The notes under the pieces: generated by a model
The model's input: only the letters and a program-made list of their open reading frames with translations
Database searches by the model: none
What the model was told of the DNA's origin: nothing
NCBI RefSeq assembly: GCF_964204645.1
Contig: NC_134029.1
Coordinates: 15,804,950-15,868,949 of the forward strand
DNA from: Tubulanus polymorphus
Lineage: Eukaryota; Animalia; Nemertea
DNA length: 64,000 nucleotides
Direction of reading: 5' to 3'
Shown: positions 11,375 through 24,710 of the stretch, piece after piece
Position numbering within the stretch: the first letter of the stretch is position 1
Layout: every line of letters starts with the position of its first letter
Translations under genes and position numbers: made by a program

Positions 11375-12817
11375 TTAGCCTACTTGGGAGTCCCAGCAGG
11401 CTATTGCGTTCACTTTTCGTCCGTCCGTCCGTCCGTCCGTAGACGGAATCCAGTTATTTTGGGAAGTTTTGAAGACGCTTCAAGGTAACGTCTTGATATT
11501 TGGGTTACACGTGTATCTACCCTAGACACATCTTCAGCCCAAAAACTGACCCTGTCAGAATCAAGATGGCTGACTGGCAGCCATTGTTGTTCGCCAAAAT
11601 CAGCACTTTTTACACATTTTTGAACTTTTTGAGGGAAATTTTGAAGACGCTTCGATCAATTACCTTGATCTTTCGGATATATATGAATCCCCCCAGGGCC
11701 CATCAACGAAACAAAAATTGGGTCGGTCGGACTCAAGATGGCCGTCCTATGACCTTTTTAGTGCCCAAAAATGTTAATTTTTGCCCGAATTCTGAGTCCT
11801 GTAGCTTCCTACTGGTTTACCATTTCTCAATGCAATTTGTGATGGGTATTCTTTGGAAAGGGATGTTTTATACCTCAGACAGGTATTTTTCATCAGCCAA
11901 TTATGACACAATTGGCGGCCATCTTGGTGTCACCAGTACTCATTCGTAAGTGGGAAAAAGTTTTTCCACATTATATTGATACCTAAGCGTATTTTGCTAC
12001 CACAATCAATTAGAAAGTTGTAGCTCATAACGTGTTCTATGATTGTGGTGAGTTTCAAGGTAATTGGATTTCGTATATGGCCACCAGGGGGCGTTGAATA
12101 ATACAATATCTTAGCATTTCTTTATTATATTCGTACCTATGCATATTTTGTAACCACAATCAATTGGAAAGTTGTAGCTCATGACATCATCTATGATTGT
12201 TGTGAGTTTTAAGGACATTAGTTTTTCTATATGGTCACCAGGGGGCGTTGAATAGTAGAATAACTTAGTATTTCCTTATTATATTGGTACCAAGGGCGTA
12301 CTCTTTTATGACCTCCGAAGTCTCCGTCCGAAATCTCCGGTTGGCTCCACACAAAATCCGAATCACACCACCTCGACAGAAAGGAGGTTTCGGAGACTCC
12401 AAAAAGTCACGTGACCAATAAAAGAGTACGATTGGAGGCAAACGGATTCTCCGATCTGATAAAAGAGTTCGCTCCTAGGCATATTTTGTTACCATGATCA
12501 ATTGCAAAGTTGTAGTTCATGACATGTTCTATGATTGTGGTGAGTTTCGAGGTCATTGGGTTTTGAATATGGTCACCAGGGGGCGTTGAATAGTAGAATG
12601 ACTTAGTATTTCCATACTAAATTGGTAACGAGGCATATTTTGTTATCACAATCAATTACAAAATCGTAGCTGCTGACATGTTCTATGATTTTGGTGAGTT
12701 TCAAGGTCGTTGGTTTTTGTAAATGGTCACCAGGGGGCGTTGAATATTGAAATTGTTAGATTGTTGAGCATTTGAAACCATTTCCCAAGTGGGCATGGTG
12801 TCCCTGGACCCCTAGTT
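11375..12817 (+). mobile_element. Non-autonomous Helentron (HINE/DINE-1-like) copy 1
   Basis: 5' TTAGCC(C/T)ACTTGGGA..TCCCAG hairpin, (GTCC)n microsatellite, ~154-bp internal tandem repeats, 3' AAGTGGGC subterminal IR + GTCCCTGGAC palindrome + CTAGTT. Inserted in a T-run; the empty site is seen at about 21485. Confidence 0.85.
12294..12475. mobile_element. ~180-bp MITE inserted in a HINE internal repeat (copies at 14817-14998 and 17340-17521)
   Basis: TIRs GGGCGTACTCTTTTAT / ATAAAAGAGTTCGCTCC; absent at the homologous site GGTACCTAGGC (about 22980). Confidence 0.8.
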
Positions 12818-13881
12818 TCTCATTTCAACATGCGAAAATGAAAACTTTTTGGCAATCTTTCAATACAGCGTAAAATGGATATAAAAACAATGGTTTATTA
12901 AAACTGCACAGTTTCACTGGTAGTATTAAAACCAATTAGGCGTATGTGTTCAAAACATTAATGTATAGGCCTATTAATGTATATTATTCATCACATAGGA
13001 ATCCCCGAATTGAGGGAAATCTATGATAGAATGTATTGTTATAACACAGGAAACCCAGAGTTAGATTGGTCTGATGGTAAAATCTATCATATGGATTATT
13101 ATGTACTATAAGACAAATGACCCAATAGGTCGGTACAATCTATCATGTGGAATGTATTAGTTATTACACAGGAAACCAGCTGTTTCATGGACCCAATAGA
13201 TAGCTTCAATCTATAAAATGTAATGGGCCCTATATCATTCATAGAAATATATTAATTTAATTGATTTAATGTATTTATATACATGCATCTACCCTAGATA
13301 CATCTTCTGCCCAAAAACTGAGCTTGGTCAGAATCAACATGGTTGACTGGTGGCCTTTTTTGTTCGCTGAAATCAGCACTTTCTTACTCATTTTTGAAGT
13401 TTTCAAGGGAATTTTGAAAATTCTGATCAATTACCTTGATCTATCAGATTGTATACCCGAAGGGTGCATCGGCATGAGAGAAATTTTGGGTCAATCGGAT
13501 GCAAGATGGCCGTCCTGTGACCTTTTATCGTACCCAAAAAATGTCAATTTTGGTCTCAATTTCAACCACTACTCAATTGCTTATGCATGTTCATATTTTT
13601 AATTTTTACAGGAAGATGGACCACCGAGTTCGATACAAATTGGTGTGAAAGATGCCAATCAATCTGCAGTTGAATCACATAGAGAGAGTCTTATGACAGA
13701 TATGAGTCGACTTTCCACAACCGATGGTAAATCAGTTTAGTTATTTCATATCTTTTTAGCCACATGAAATGGACTTAAGCGGGTTATCGCATCCGCTTTG
13801 TGTCATTGTCCCGAGCTTGACAGAATCCAGTTATTCTGATACATTTTGAAATCAGCACTTTTAGACATTGTTTGAACCTTT

Positions 13882-15340
13882 TTAGCCCACTTGGGACTTT
13901 AGTCCCAGTGGGCTATTGCGTTCACTTTTCGTCCATTGTCCGTCATAGCGTACGTCCGTCCGTAGACGGAATCCAGTTATTTTGGGAAGTTTTGAAGACG
14001 CTTCAAGGTAACGTCTTGATATTTGGGTTACACGTGTATCTACCCTAGACACATCTTCAGCCCAAAAACTGACCCTGTCAGAATCAAGATGGCTGACTGG
14101 CAGCCATTGTTGTTCGCCAAAATCAGCACTTTTTACACATTTTTGAACTTTTTGAGGGAAATTTTGAAGACGCTTCGATCAATTACCTTGATCTTTCGGA
14201 TATATATGAATCCCCCCAGGGCCCATCAACGAAACAAAAATTGGGTCGGTCGGACTCAAGATGGCCGTCCTATGACCTTTTTAGTGCCCAAAAATGTTAA
14301 TTTTTGCCCGAATTCTGAGTCCTGTAGCTTCCTACTGGTTTACCATTTCTCAATGCAATTTGTGATGGGTATTCTTTGGAAAGGGATGTTTTATACCTCA
14401 GACAGGTATTTTTCATCAGCCAATTATGACACAATTGGCGGCCATCTTGGTGTCACCAGTACTCATTCGTAAGTGGGAAAAAGTTTTTCCACATTATATT
14501 GATACCTAAGCGTATTTTGCTACCACAATCAATTAGAAAGTTGTAGCTCATAACGTGTTCTATGATTGTGGTGAGTTTCAAGGTAATTGGATTTCGTATA
14601 TGGCCACCAGGGGGCGTTGAATAATACAATATCTTAGCATTTCTTTATTATATTCGTACCTATGCATATTTTGTAACCACAATCAATTGGAAAGTTGTAG
14701 CTCATGACATCATCTATGATTGTTGTGAGTTTTAAGGACATTAGTTTTTCTATATGGTCACCAGGGGGCGTTGAATAGTAGAATAACTTAGTATTTCCTT
14801 ATTATATTGGTACCAAGGGCGTACTCTTTTATGACCTCCGAAGTCTCCGTCCGAAATCTCCGGTTGGCTCCACACAAAATCCGAATCACACCACCTCGAC
14901 AGAAAGGAGGTTTCGGAGACTCCAAAAAGTCACGTGACCAATAAAAGAGTACGATTGGAGGCAAACGGATTCTCCGATCTGATAAAAGAGTTCGCTCCTA
15001 GGCATATTTTGTTACCATGATCAATTGCAAAGTTGTAGTTCATGACATGTTCTATGATTGTGGTGAGTTTCGAGGTCATTGGGTTTTGAATATGGTCACC
15101 AGGGGGCGTTGAATAGTAGAATGACTTAGTATTTCCATACTAAATTGGTAACGAGGCATATTTTGTTATCACAATCAATTACAAAATCGTAGCTGCTGAC
15201 ATGTTCTATGATTTTGGTGAGTTTCAAGGTCGTTGGTTTTTGTAAATGGTCACCAGGGGGCGTTGAATATTGAAATTGTTAGATTGTTGAGCATTTGAAA
15301 CCATTTCCCAAGTGGGCATGGTGTCCCTGGACCCCTAGTT
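13882..15340 (+). mobile_element. HINE copy 2
   Basis: Same ends and internal repeats as copy 1. Confidence 0.85.
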
Positions 15341-16404
15341 TCTCATTTCAACATGCGAAAATGAAAACTTTTTGGCAATCTTTCAATACAGCGTAAAATG
15401 GATATAAAAACAATGGTTTATTAAAACTGCACAGTTTCACTGGTAGTATTAAAACCAATTAGGCGTATGTGTTCAAAACATTAATGTATAGGCCTATTAA
15501 TGTATATTATTCATCACATAGGAATCCCCGAATTGAGGGAAATCTATGATAGAATGTATTGTTATAACACAGGAAACCCAGAGTTAGATTGGTCTGATGG
15601 TAAAATCTATCATATGGATTATTATGTACTATAAGACAAATGACCCAATAGGTCGGTACAATCTATCATGTGGAATGTATTAGTTATTACACAGGAAACC
15701 AGCTGTTTCATGGACCCAATAGATAGCTTCAATCTATAAAATGTAATGGGCCCTATATCATTCATAGAAATATATTAATTTAATTGATTTAATGTATTTA
15801 TATACATGCATCTACCCTAGATACATCTTCTGCCCAAAAACTGAGCTTGGTCAGAATCAACATGGTTGACTGGTGGCCTTTTTTGTTCGCTGAAATCAGC
15901 ACTTTCTTACTCATTTTTGAAGTTTTCAAGGGAATTTTGAAAATTCTGATCAATTACCTTGATCTATCAGATTGTATACCCGAAGGGTGCATCGGCATGA
16001 GAGAAATTTTGGGTCAATCGGATGCAAGATGGCCGTCCTGTGACCTTTTATCGTACCCAAAAAATGTCAATTTTGGTCTCAATTTCAACCACTACTCAAT
16101 TGCTTATGCATGTTCATATTTTTAATTTTTACAGGAAGATGGACCACCGAGTTCGATACAAATTGGTGTGAAAGATGCCAATCAATCTGCAGTTGAATCA
16201 CATAGAGAGAGTCTTATGACAGATATGAGTCGACTTTCCACAACCGATGGTAAATCAGTTTAGTTATTTCATATCTTTTTAGCCACATGAAATGGACTTA
16301 AGCGGGTTATCGCATCCGCTTTGTGTCATTGTCCCGAGCTTGACAGAATCCAGTTATTCTGATACATTTTGAAATCAGCACTTTTAGACATTGTTTGAAC
16401 CTTT

Positions 16405-17863
16405 TTAGCCCACTTGGGACTTTAGTCCCAGTGGGCTATTGCGTTCACTTTTCGTCCATTGTCCGTCATAGCGTACGTCCGTCCGTAGACGGAATCCAGT
16501 TATTTTGGGAAGTTTTGAAGACGCTTCAAGGTAACGTCTTGATATTTGGGTTACACGTGTATCTACCCTAGACACATCTTCAGCCCAAAAACTGACCCTG
16601 TCAGAATCAAGATGGCTGACTGGCAGCCATTGTTGTTCGCCAAAATCAGCACTTTTTACACATTTTTGAACTTTTTGAGGGAAATTTTGAAGACGCTTCG
16701 ATCAATTACCTTGATCTTTCGGATATATATGAATCCCCCCAGGGCCCATCAACGAAACAAAAATTGGGTCGGTCGGACTCAAGATGGCCGTCCTATGACC
16801 TTTTTAGTGCCCAAAAATGTTAATTTTTGCCCGAATTCTGAGTCCTGTAGCTTCCTACTGGTTTACCATTTCTCAATGCAATTTGTGATGGGTATTCTTT
16901 GGAAAGGGATGTTTTATACCTCAGACAGGTATTTTTCATCAGCCAATTATGACACAATTGGCGGCCATCTTGGTGTCACCAGTACTCATTCGTAAGTGGG
17001 AAAAAGTTTTTCCACATTATATTGATACCTAAGCGTATTTTGCTACCACAATCAATTAGAAAGTTGTAGCTCATAACGTGTTCTATGATTGTGGTGAGTT
17101 TCAAGGTAATTGGATTTCGTATATGGCCACCAGGGGGCGTTGAATAATACAATATCTTAGCATTTCTTTATTATATTCGTACCTATGCATATTTTGTAAC
17201 CACAATCAATTGGAAAGTTGTAGCTCATGACATCATCTATGATTGTTGTGAGTTTTAAGGACATTAGTTTTTCTATATGGTCACCAGGGGGCGTTGAATA
17301 GTAGAATAACTTAGTATTTCCTTATTATATTGGTACCAAGGGCGTACTCTTTTATGACCTCCGAAGTCTCCGTCCGAAATCTCCGGTTGGCTCCACACAA
17401 AATCCGAATCACACCACCTCGACAGAAAGGAGGTTTCGGAGACTCCAAAAAGTCACGTGACCAATAAAAGAGTACGATTGGAGGCAAACGGATTCTCCGA
17501 TCTGATAAAAGAGTTCGCTCCTAGGCATATTTTGTTACCATGATCAATTGCAAAGTTGTAGTTCATGACATGTTCTATGATTGTGGTGAGTTTCGAGGTC
17601 ATTGGGTTTTGAATATGGTCACCAGGGGGCGTTGAATAGTAGAATGACTTAGTATTTCCATACTAAATTGGTAACGAGGCATATTTTGTTATCACAATCA
17701 ATTACAAAATCGTAGCTGCTGACATGTTCTATGATTTTGGTGAGTTTCAAGGTCGTTGGTTTTTGTAAATGGTCACCAGGGGGCGTTGAATATTGAAATT
17801 GTTAGATTGTTGAGCATTTGAAACCATTTCCCAAGTGGGCATGGTGTCCCTGGACCCCTAGTT
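16405..17863 (+). mobile_element. HINE copy 3
   Basis: Identical to copy 2 at +2523. Confidence 0.85.
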
Positions 17864-18927
17864 TCTCATTTCAACATGCGAAAATGAAAACTTTTTGGCA
17901 ATCTTTCAATACAGCGTAAAATGGATATAAAAACAATGGTTTATTAAAACTGCACAGTTTCACTGGTAGTATTAAAACCAATTAGGCGTATGTGTTCAAA
18001 ACATTAATGTATAGGCCTATTAATGTATATTATTCATCACATAGGAATCCCCGAATTGAGGGAAATCTATGATAGAATGTATTGTTATAACACAGGAAAC
18101 CCAGAGTTAGATTGGTCTGATGGTAAAATCTATCATATGGATTATTATGTACTATAAGACAAATGACCCAATAGGTCGGTACAATCTATCATGTGGAATG
18201 TATTAGTTATTACACAGGAAACCAGCTGTTTCATGGACCCAATAGATAGCTTCAATCTATAAAATGTAATGGGCCCTATATCATTCATAGAAATATATTA
18301 ATTTAATTGATTTAATGTATTTATATACATGCATCTACCCTAGATACATCTTCTGCCCAAAAACTGAGCTTGGTCAGAATCAACATGGTTGACTGGTGGC
18401 CTTTTTTGTTCGCTGAAATCAGCACTTTCTTACTCATTTTTGAAGTTTTCAAGGGAATTTTGAAAATTCTGATCAATTACCTTGATCTATCAGATTGTAT
18501 ACCCGAAGGGTGCATCGGCATGAGAGAAATTTTGGGTCAATCGGATGCAAGATGGCCGTCCTGTGACCTTTTATCGTACCCAAAAAATGTCAATTTTGGT
18601 CTCAATTTCAACCACTACTCAATTGCTTATGCATGTTCATATTTTTAATTTTTACAGGAAGATGGACCACCGAGTTCGATACAAATTGGTGTGAAAGATG
18701 CCAATCAATCTGCAGTTGAATCACATAGAGAGAGTCTTATGACAGATATGAGTCGACTTTCCACAACCGATGGTAAATCAGTTTAGTTATTTCATATCTT
18801 TTTAGCCACATGAAATGGACTTAAGCGGGTTATCGCATCCGCTTTGTGTCATTGTCCCGAGCTTGACAGAATCCAGTTATTCTGATACATTTTGAAATCA
18901 GCACTTTTAGACATTGTTTGAACCTTT

Positions 18928-20098
18928 TTAGCCCACTTGGGACTTTAGTCCCAGTGGGCTATTGCGTTCACTTTTCGTCCATTGTCCGTCATAGCGTACG
19001 TCCGTCCGTAGACGGAATCCAGTTATTTTGGGAAGTTTTGAAGACGCTTCAATGTAATGTCTTGATATTTGGGTTACACATGTATCTACCCTAGACACAT
19101 CTTCAGCCCCAAAACTGGCCCTGTCAGAATCAAGATGGCCGACTGGCAGCCATTGATGTTCGCCAAAATCAACACTTTTTACACATTTTTTAACTTTTTG
19201 AGGGAACATTTTGATCTTTCGGATGTATGTGCATCCCCCCAGGGCCCATCAGCATAACAAAAATTGGGTCGATCGAACTCAAGATGGCCATCCTATGACC
19301 TTTTTTAATGCCAAAAAATGTCAATTTTGGCCTGAATTCCGAGTCCTGTAGCTTCCTACTTGTTTGCCATTTCTCATTGCAATTTGTGATGGGTATTCTT
19401 AAGAAAGGGATGTTTTATACCTGAGACAGGTATTTTTGATCAGCCAATTATGACGCAATTGGCGGCCATCTTGGTGTCATCAGTACTCATTCCTAGGTGG
19501 GAAAAAAATTTTCCACATTATATTGATACCTAGGCGTATTTTGTTACCACAATCAATAAGAAAGTTGTAGCTCATAACATGATCTATGATTGTGGTGAGT
19601 TTCAAGGTCATTGGTTTTGTATATGGCCCAGTGTGCATTGAATAATACAATATCTTTCCATATTATATTCGTATCAATGCATATTTTGTAACCACAATCA
19701 ATTGCAAAGTTGTAGCTCATGAAATTATCTATGATTGTGGCAAGTTTTAAGGACATTAGTTATTCTATATGGTCACCAAGAGGCATTGAATAGTAGAATA
19801 ACTTAGTATTTCCTTATATTGGTACCTAGGCTTATTTTGTTACCATGATCAATTAGAAAGTTTTAGTTCATGACATGTTCTATGATCTAGTATTTCCATA
19901 TTAAATTGGTAACAAGGCATATTTTGTCATCACAATCCATGAAATCATTCCTCCTGACATGTACCATGATTGTGGTGAGTTTCAAGGCCATTGGTTTTTG
20001 TATATGGTCACCAGGGGGCGTTGAATATTGAAATTGTTAGATTGTTGAGCATACGGAAACATTTCTCAAGTGGGCATGGTGTCCCTGGACCCCTAGTT
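18928..20098 (+). mobile_element. HINE copy 4 (more diverged, no MITE)
   Basis: TTAGCCCACTTGGGACTTTAGTCCCAGTGGGCT ... AAGTGGGCATGGTGTCCCTGGACCCCTAGTT. Confidence 0.85.
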
Positions 20099-22060
20099 CA
20101 AGTTTTCATGGGAAATATTGAAAACGCTTCGATCATTTATCTCAATTTCTCTCATTCGCAGTAAATAACTTGGCCTCATGACTTGCTCTAACATGAATTG
20201 CCCTAAGATTGTGGTGAGTTTCTAGGCATTGTTTATGTTCACCGGTGGCGTAAATTAGCCGAAGAATATGGTACTACAGTATATTAGTACCTAGACATAT
20301 GACGTTGTTACCACAAACAATTGCATGTTGTGCCAGTGCATGAAATGCCCTATGGTAATGGTGATTCTTGACATTTCCAGATTGTTCAGTATTTCACCAA
20401 GTACTAACTAATCACCTTGAAGGACCCATTATGTTTGTTAAAGTCTATCATGCTGAATATAAAATATTTATCACATAGGAATCCCCCAGTTTGAGGGAAA
20501 TCTATGACAGAATGTATTATTATAACACAGGAAACCCACAGTTAGATTGGTCTGGTAAAATCTATCATATGGATTATTATGTACTATAAGACAAAGGACC
20601 CAATAGGTCGGTACAATCTATCATGTGGAATGTATTAGTTATTACACAGGAAACCAGCTGTTTGATGGACCCAATAGATAGGTACAATCTATAAAATGTA
20701 ATAGGCCCATTATCATTTATAGAAATATATTAATGTAATTGATTTAATGTATTTATATACATGTATCTACCCTAGATACATCTTCTGCCCAAAAACTGAG
20801 CTTGGTCAGAATCAACATGGTTGACTAGTGGCCATTTTTGTTCGCTGAAATCAGCACTTTCTTACTCATTTTTGAAGTTTTCAAGGGAATTTTGAAGATT
20901 CTGATTAATTACGTTGATCTATCAGATTCTATACCCGAAGGGTGCATCGGCATGAGAGAAATTTTGGGTCAATCGGACGCAAGATGGCCGTCCTGTGACC
21001 TTTTTTCGTACCCAAAAAATGTCAATTTTTGTCTCAATTTCAACCACTACTCAATTGCTTATGCATGTTCATATTTTTAATTTTCACAGGAAGATGGACC
21101 ACAGAGTTCGATACAATTGGTGTGAAAGATTCCAATCAATCCGCAGTTGAATCATATAGAGAGAGTCTTATGACAGATACGAGTCAACTTTCCGCAACTG
21201 ATGGTAAATCAGTTTAGTTATTTCATACCTTTTTAGCCCACTAGGGACTTTAGACCGAAAGTCGATTATTTGGGATATTTCTCTAAAACTTTTGAACACA
21301 TTGTAGGCCTACCTGAATTTAGCTTCATACTACCAGTGAAACTGTTATATTGGGGGTTGACTGTAAATCAATTTTAAAAATATGTTTCCGTGCTGACCAT
21401 TTGAAATTATAATCAAATCATCAAAAATCAATGGTTCGTAGGCATGGAAACTCAGGACGCATATTGTTAGAATTTCAAAAATGGCTTATTTTTTCTCATT
21501 TCAACATGCGAAAATGAAAACTTTTTGGCAATCCTTCAATACAGCGTAAAATGGATATAAAAACAATGGTTTATTAAAACTGCACGGTTTCACTGGTCGT
21601 ATTAAAACCAATTAGACGTATGTGTTCAAAACATTAATGTATATTAATGTATATTATTCATCACATAGGAATCCCCGAATTGAGGGAAATCTATTATAGA
21701 ATGTATTGTTTTAACACAGAAAACCCACAGTTAGATTGGTCTGGTAAAATCTATCATGTGGATTATTATGTACTATAAGACAAAGGACCCAATAGGTCGG
21801 TACAATCTATCATGTGGAATGTATTAGTTATTACACAGGCAACCAGCTGTTTGATGGACCCAATAGATAGGTACAATCTATAAAATGTAATAGGCCCATT
21901 ATCATTTATAGAAATATATTAATGTAATTGATTTAATGTATTTATATACATGTATCTACCCTAGATACATCTTCTGCCCAAAAACTGAGCTTGGTCAGAA
22001 TTAACATGGTTGACTGGTGGCCATTTCTGTTTGCTGAAATCAGCACTTTCTTACTCATTT

Positions 22061-23327
22061 TTAGCCCACTTGGGACTTTAGTCCCAGCGGGCTATTGCGT
22101 TCACTTTTCGTCCGTCGTCTGTCCGTCCGTCTGTAGACGGAATCCAGTTATTTTGGGAAGTTTTGAAGACGCTTCAAGGTAACGTCTTGATATTTGGGAT
22201 ACACATGTATCTACCCTAGACACATCTTCAGCCCAAAAACTGGCCCTGTCAGAATCAAGATGGCCGACTGGCAGCCATTGTTGTTCGCCAAAATCAGCAC
22301 TTTTTACACATTTTTGATCTTTTTGAGAGAAATTTTGAAGACGCTTCGATCAATTACCTTGATCTTTCGGATATATGTGAATCCCCCCAGGGCCCATCAA
22401 CATAACAAAAATTGGGTCGGTCGGACTCGAGATGGCCGTCCTATGACCTTTTTAGTACCCAAAAATGTTAATTTTTGCCCGAATTCTGAGTCCTGTAGCT
22501 TCCTACTGGTTTGCCATTTCTCATTGCAATTTGTGATGGGTATTCTTTGGAAAGGGATGTTTTATACCTGAGACAGGTATTTTTCATCAGCCAATTATGA
22601 CGCAATTGGCGGCCATCTTGGTCTCACCAGTACTCATTCGTAAATGGGAAAAAGTTTTTCCACATTATATTGATACCTAAGCGTATTTTGGTACCACATT
22701 CAATTAGAAAGTTGTAGCTCATAACATGTTCTATGATTATGGTGTGTTGCAAGGTAATTAGATTTTGTATATGGCCACCAGGGGGCGTTGAATAATACAA
22801 TATCTTAGCATTTCTTTATTATATTTGTACCTATGTATATTTTGTAACCACAATCAATTGGAAAGTTGTAGCTCATGACATCATCTATGATTGTTGTGAG
22901 TTTTAAGGACATTAGTTTTTCTATATGGTCACCAGGGCGCGTTGAATAGTAGAATAACTAAGTATTTCCTTATTATATTGGTACCTAGGCATATTTTGTT
23001 ACCATGATCAATTGCAAAGTTGTAGTTCATGACATGTTCTATGATTGTGGTAAGTTTTGATGTCATTGGGTTTTGAATATGGTCTCCAGGGGGGGTTGAA
23101 TAGTAGAATAACTTAGTATTTCCATATCAAATTGGTAACGAGGCATATTTTGTTATCACAATCAATTACAAAATCGTAGCTGCTGACATGTTCTATGATT
23201 GTGGTGAGTTTCAAGGTCATTGGTTTTTGTATATGGTTGCCAGGGGGCGTTGAATATTGAAATTGTTAGATTGTTGAGCATTTGGAACCACTTCCCAAGT
23301 GGGCATGGTGTCCCTGGACCCCTAGTT
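22061..23327 (+). mobile_element. HINE copy 5, precise insertion into an older related repeat
   Basis: Flanks CTCATTTTT / TTGAAGTTTTCAAGG rejoin to the empty site CTCATTTTTGAAGTTTTCAAGG (about 10745 and 13388). Confidence 0.88.
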
Positions 23328-24084
23328 GAAGTTTTCAAGGGAATTTTGAAGACTCTGATCAATTACCTTGATCTATCAGATTGTATACCCGAAGGGTGCA
23401 TCGGCATGAGAGAAATTTTTGGTCAATCAGACGCAAGATGGCCGTCCTGTGACCTTTTTTCGTACCCAAAAAATATCAATTTTGGTCTCAATTTCAACCA
23501 CTACTCAATTGCTTATGCATGTTCATATTTTTAATTTTCACAGGAAAATGGACCACCAAGTTCGATACAATTGGTGTGAAAGATTCCAATCAATCCGCAG
23601 TTGAATCACATAGAGAGAGTCTTATGGTAGATATGAGTCAACTTTCCGCAACTGATGGTAAATCAGTTTAGTTATTTCATACCTTTTTAGCCCACTAGGG
23701 AACGAAAGTCAATTTTTTTGGGATATTTCTCTAAAACTTTTGAACACATACCTGAATTTGATCTTCATACTACCAGTGAAACGGTTATATTCGGGGTTGA
23801 CCGTAAATCAATTTTAACAATATGTTTCCGCGCCTACCATTTGAAATTATAATCAAATCATCAAAAATCAATGGTTCGTAGGTATGGAAACTCAGGACGC
23901 ATATTGTTAGAATTTCAAAAATGGCTTATTTTTTCTCATTTCAACATGCGAAAATGAAAACTTTTTGGCAATCCTTCAATACAGTGTAAAATGGATATAA
24001 AAACGATGGTTTATTAATACTGCGCAGTTTGACTGGTCGTATTAAGGGTGCTCCTATCCCTTAATTATCAAAATTTTCCATTTT

Positions 24085-24710
24085 CGACATTATATTGATA
24101 CCTAAACATATTGTATTACCACAATCTATTGAAAGTTGTAGCTCATAAGGTGTTCTATGATTTTGGTTAGCTTCAAGGTCATCGGTTTTTGTATATGGTC
24201 ACCAGGGGGCGTTAAATAATACAATAACTTAGTATTTCTATATTATGTCTGTACCTATGCATATTTTGTTACCACAATTAATTGCAAAGTTTAGCTCATG
24301 ACATCGTCTATGTATGTGGTGAGTTTTAAGGACATGAGTTATTATATATGGTCACCAGGGGCGTTGAATAGTATCTAGGCATATTTTGTTACCATGATCA
24401 ATTGCAAAGTTGTAGTTCATGACATGTTCTTTGATTGTGGTGAGTTTCAAGGTCATTGGGTTTTGCATATGGTCACCAGGGGGCATTGAATAGTAGAATA
24501 ACTTAGTATTTCCATATTAAATCGGTAACGAGGCATATTTTGTTATCAAAATCAATTACAAAATCGTAGCTGTTGACTTATTCTAATTGATTGTGGTGAG
24601 TTTCAGGGTCATTGGTTTTTGTATCTGGTTACCAGGGGCGCTGAATATTGAAATTGTAAGATTGTTGAGCATTTGAAACTACCTGGCATGGTGTCACTGG
24701 ACTGCTAGTT
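24085..24710 (+). mobile_element. HINE 3' fragment with four ~154-bp repeats
   Basis: Repeats with GGTCACCAGGGGGCG; end GGCATGGTGTCACTGGACTGCTAGTTT. Confidence 0.7.

Larger units (their letters stand above)
11430..19050. repeat. Near-perfect tandem triplication, period 2523 bp
   Basis: Identical ORFs at 11500/14023/16546 and 13324/15847/18370; identity breaks at about 19052. Confidence 0.95.

Noticed and set aside
11500-22571. Repeated 149-aa and 92-aa ORFs as genes
   Set aside because: They lie within non-coding HINE repeats, start at TTG and are broken in diverged copies.
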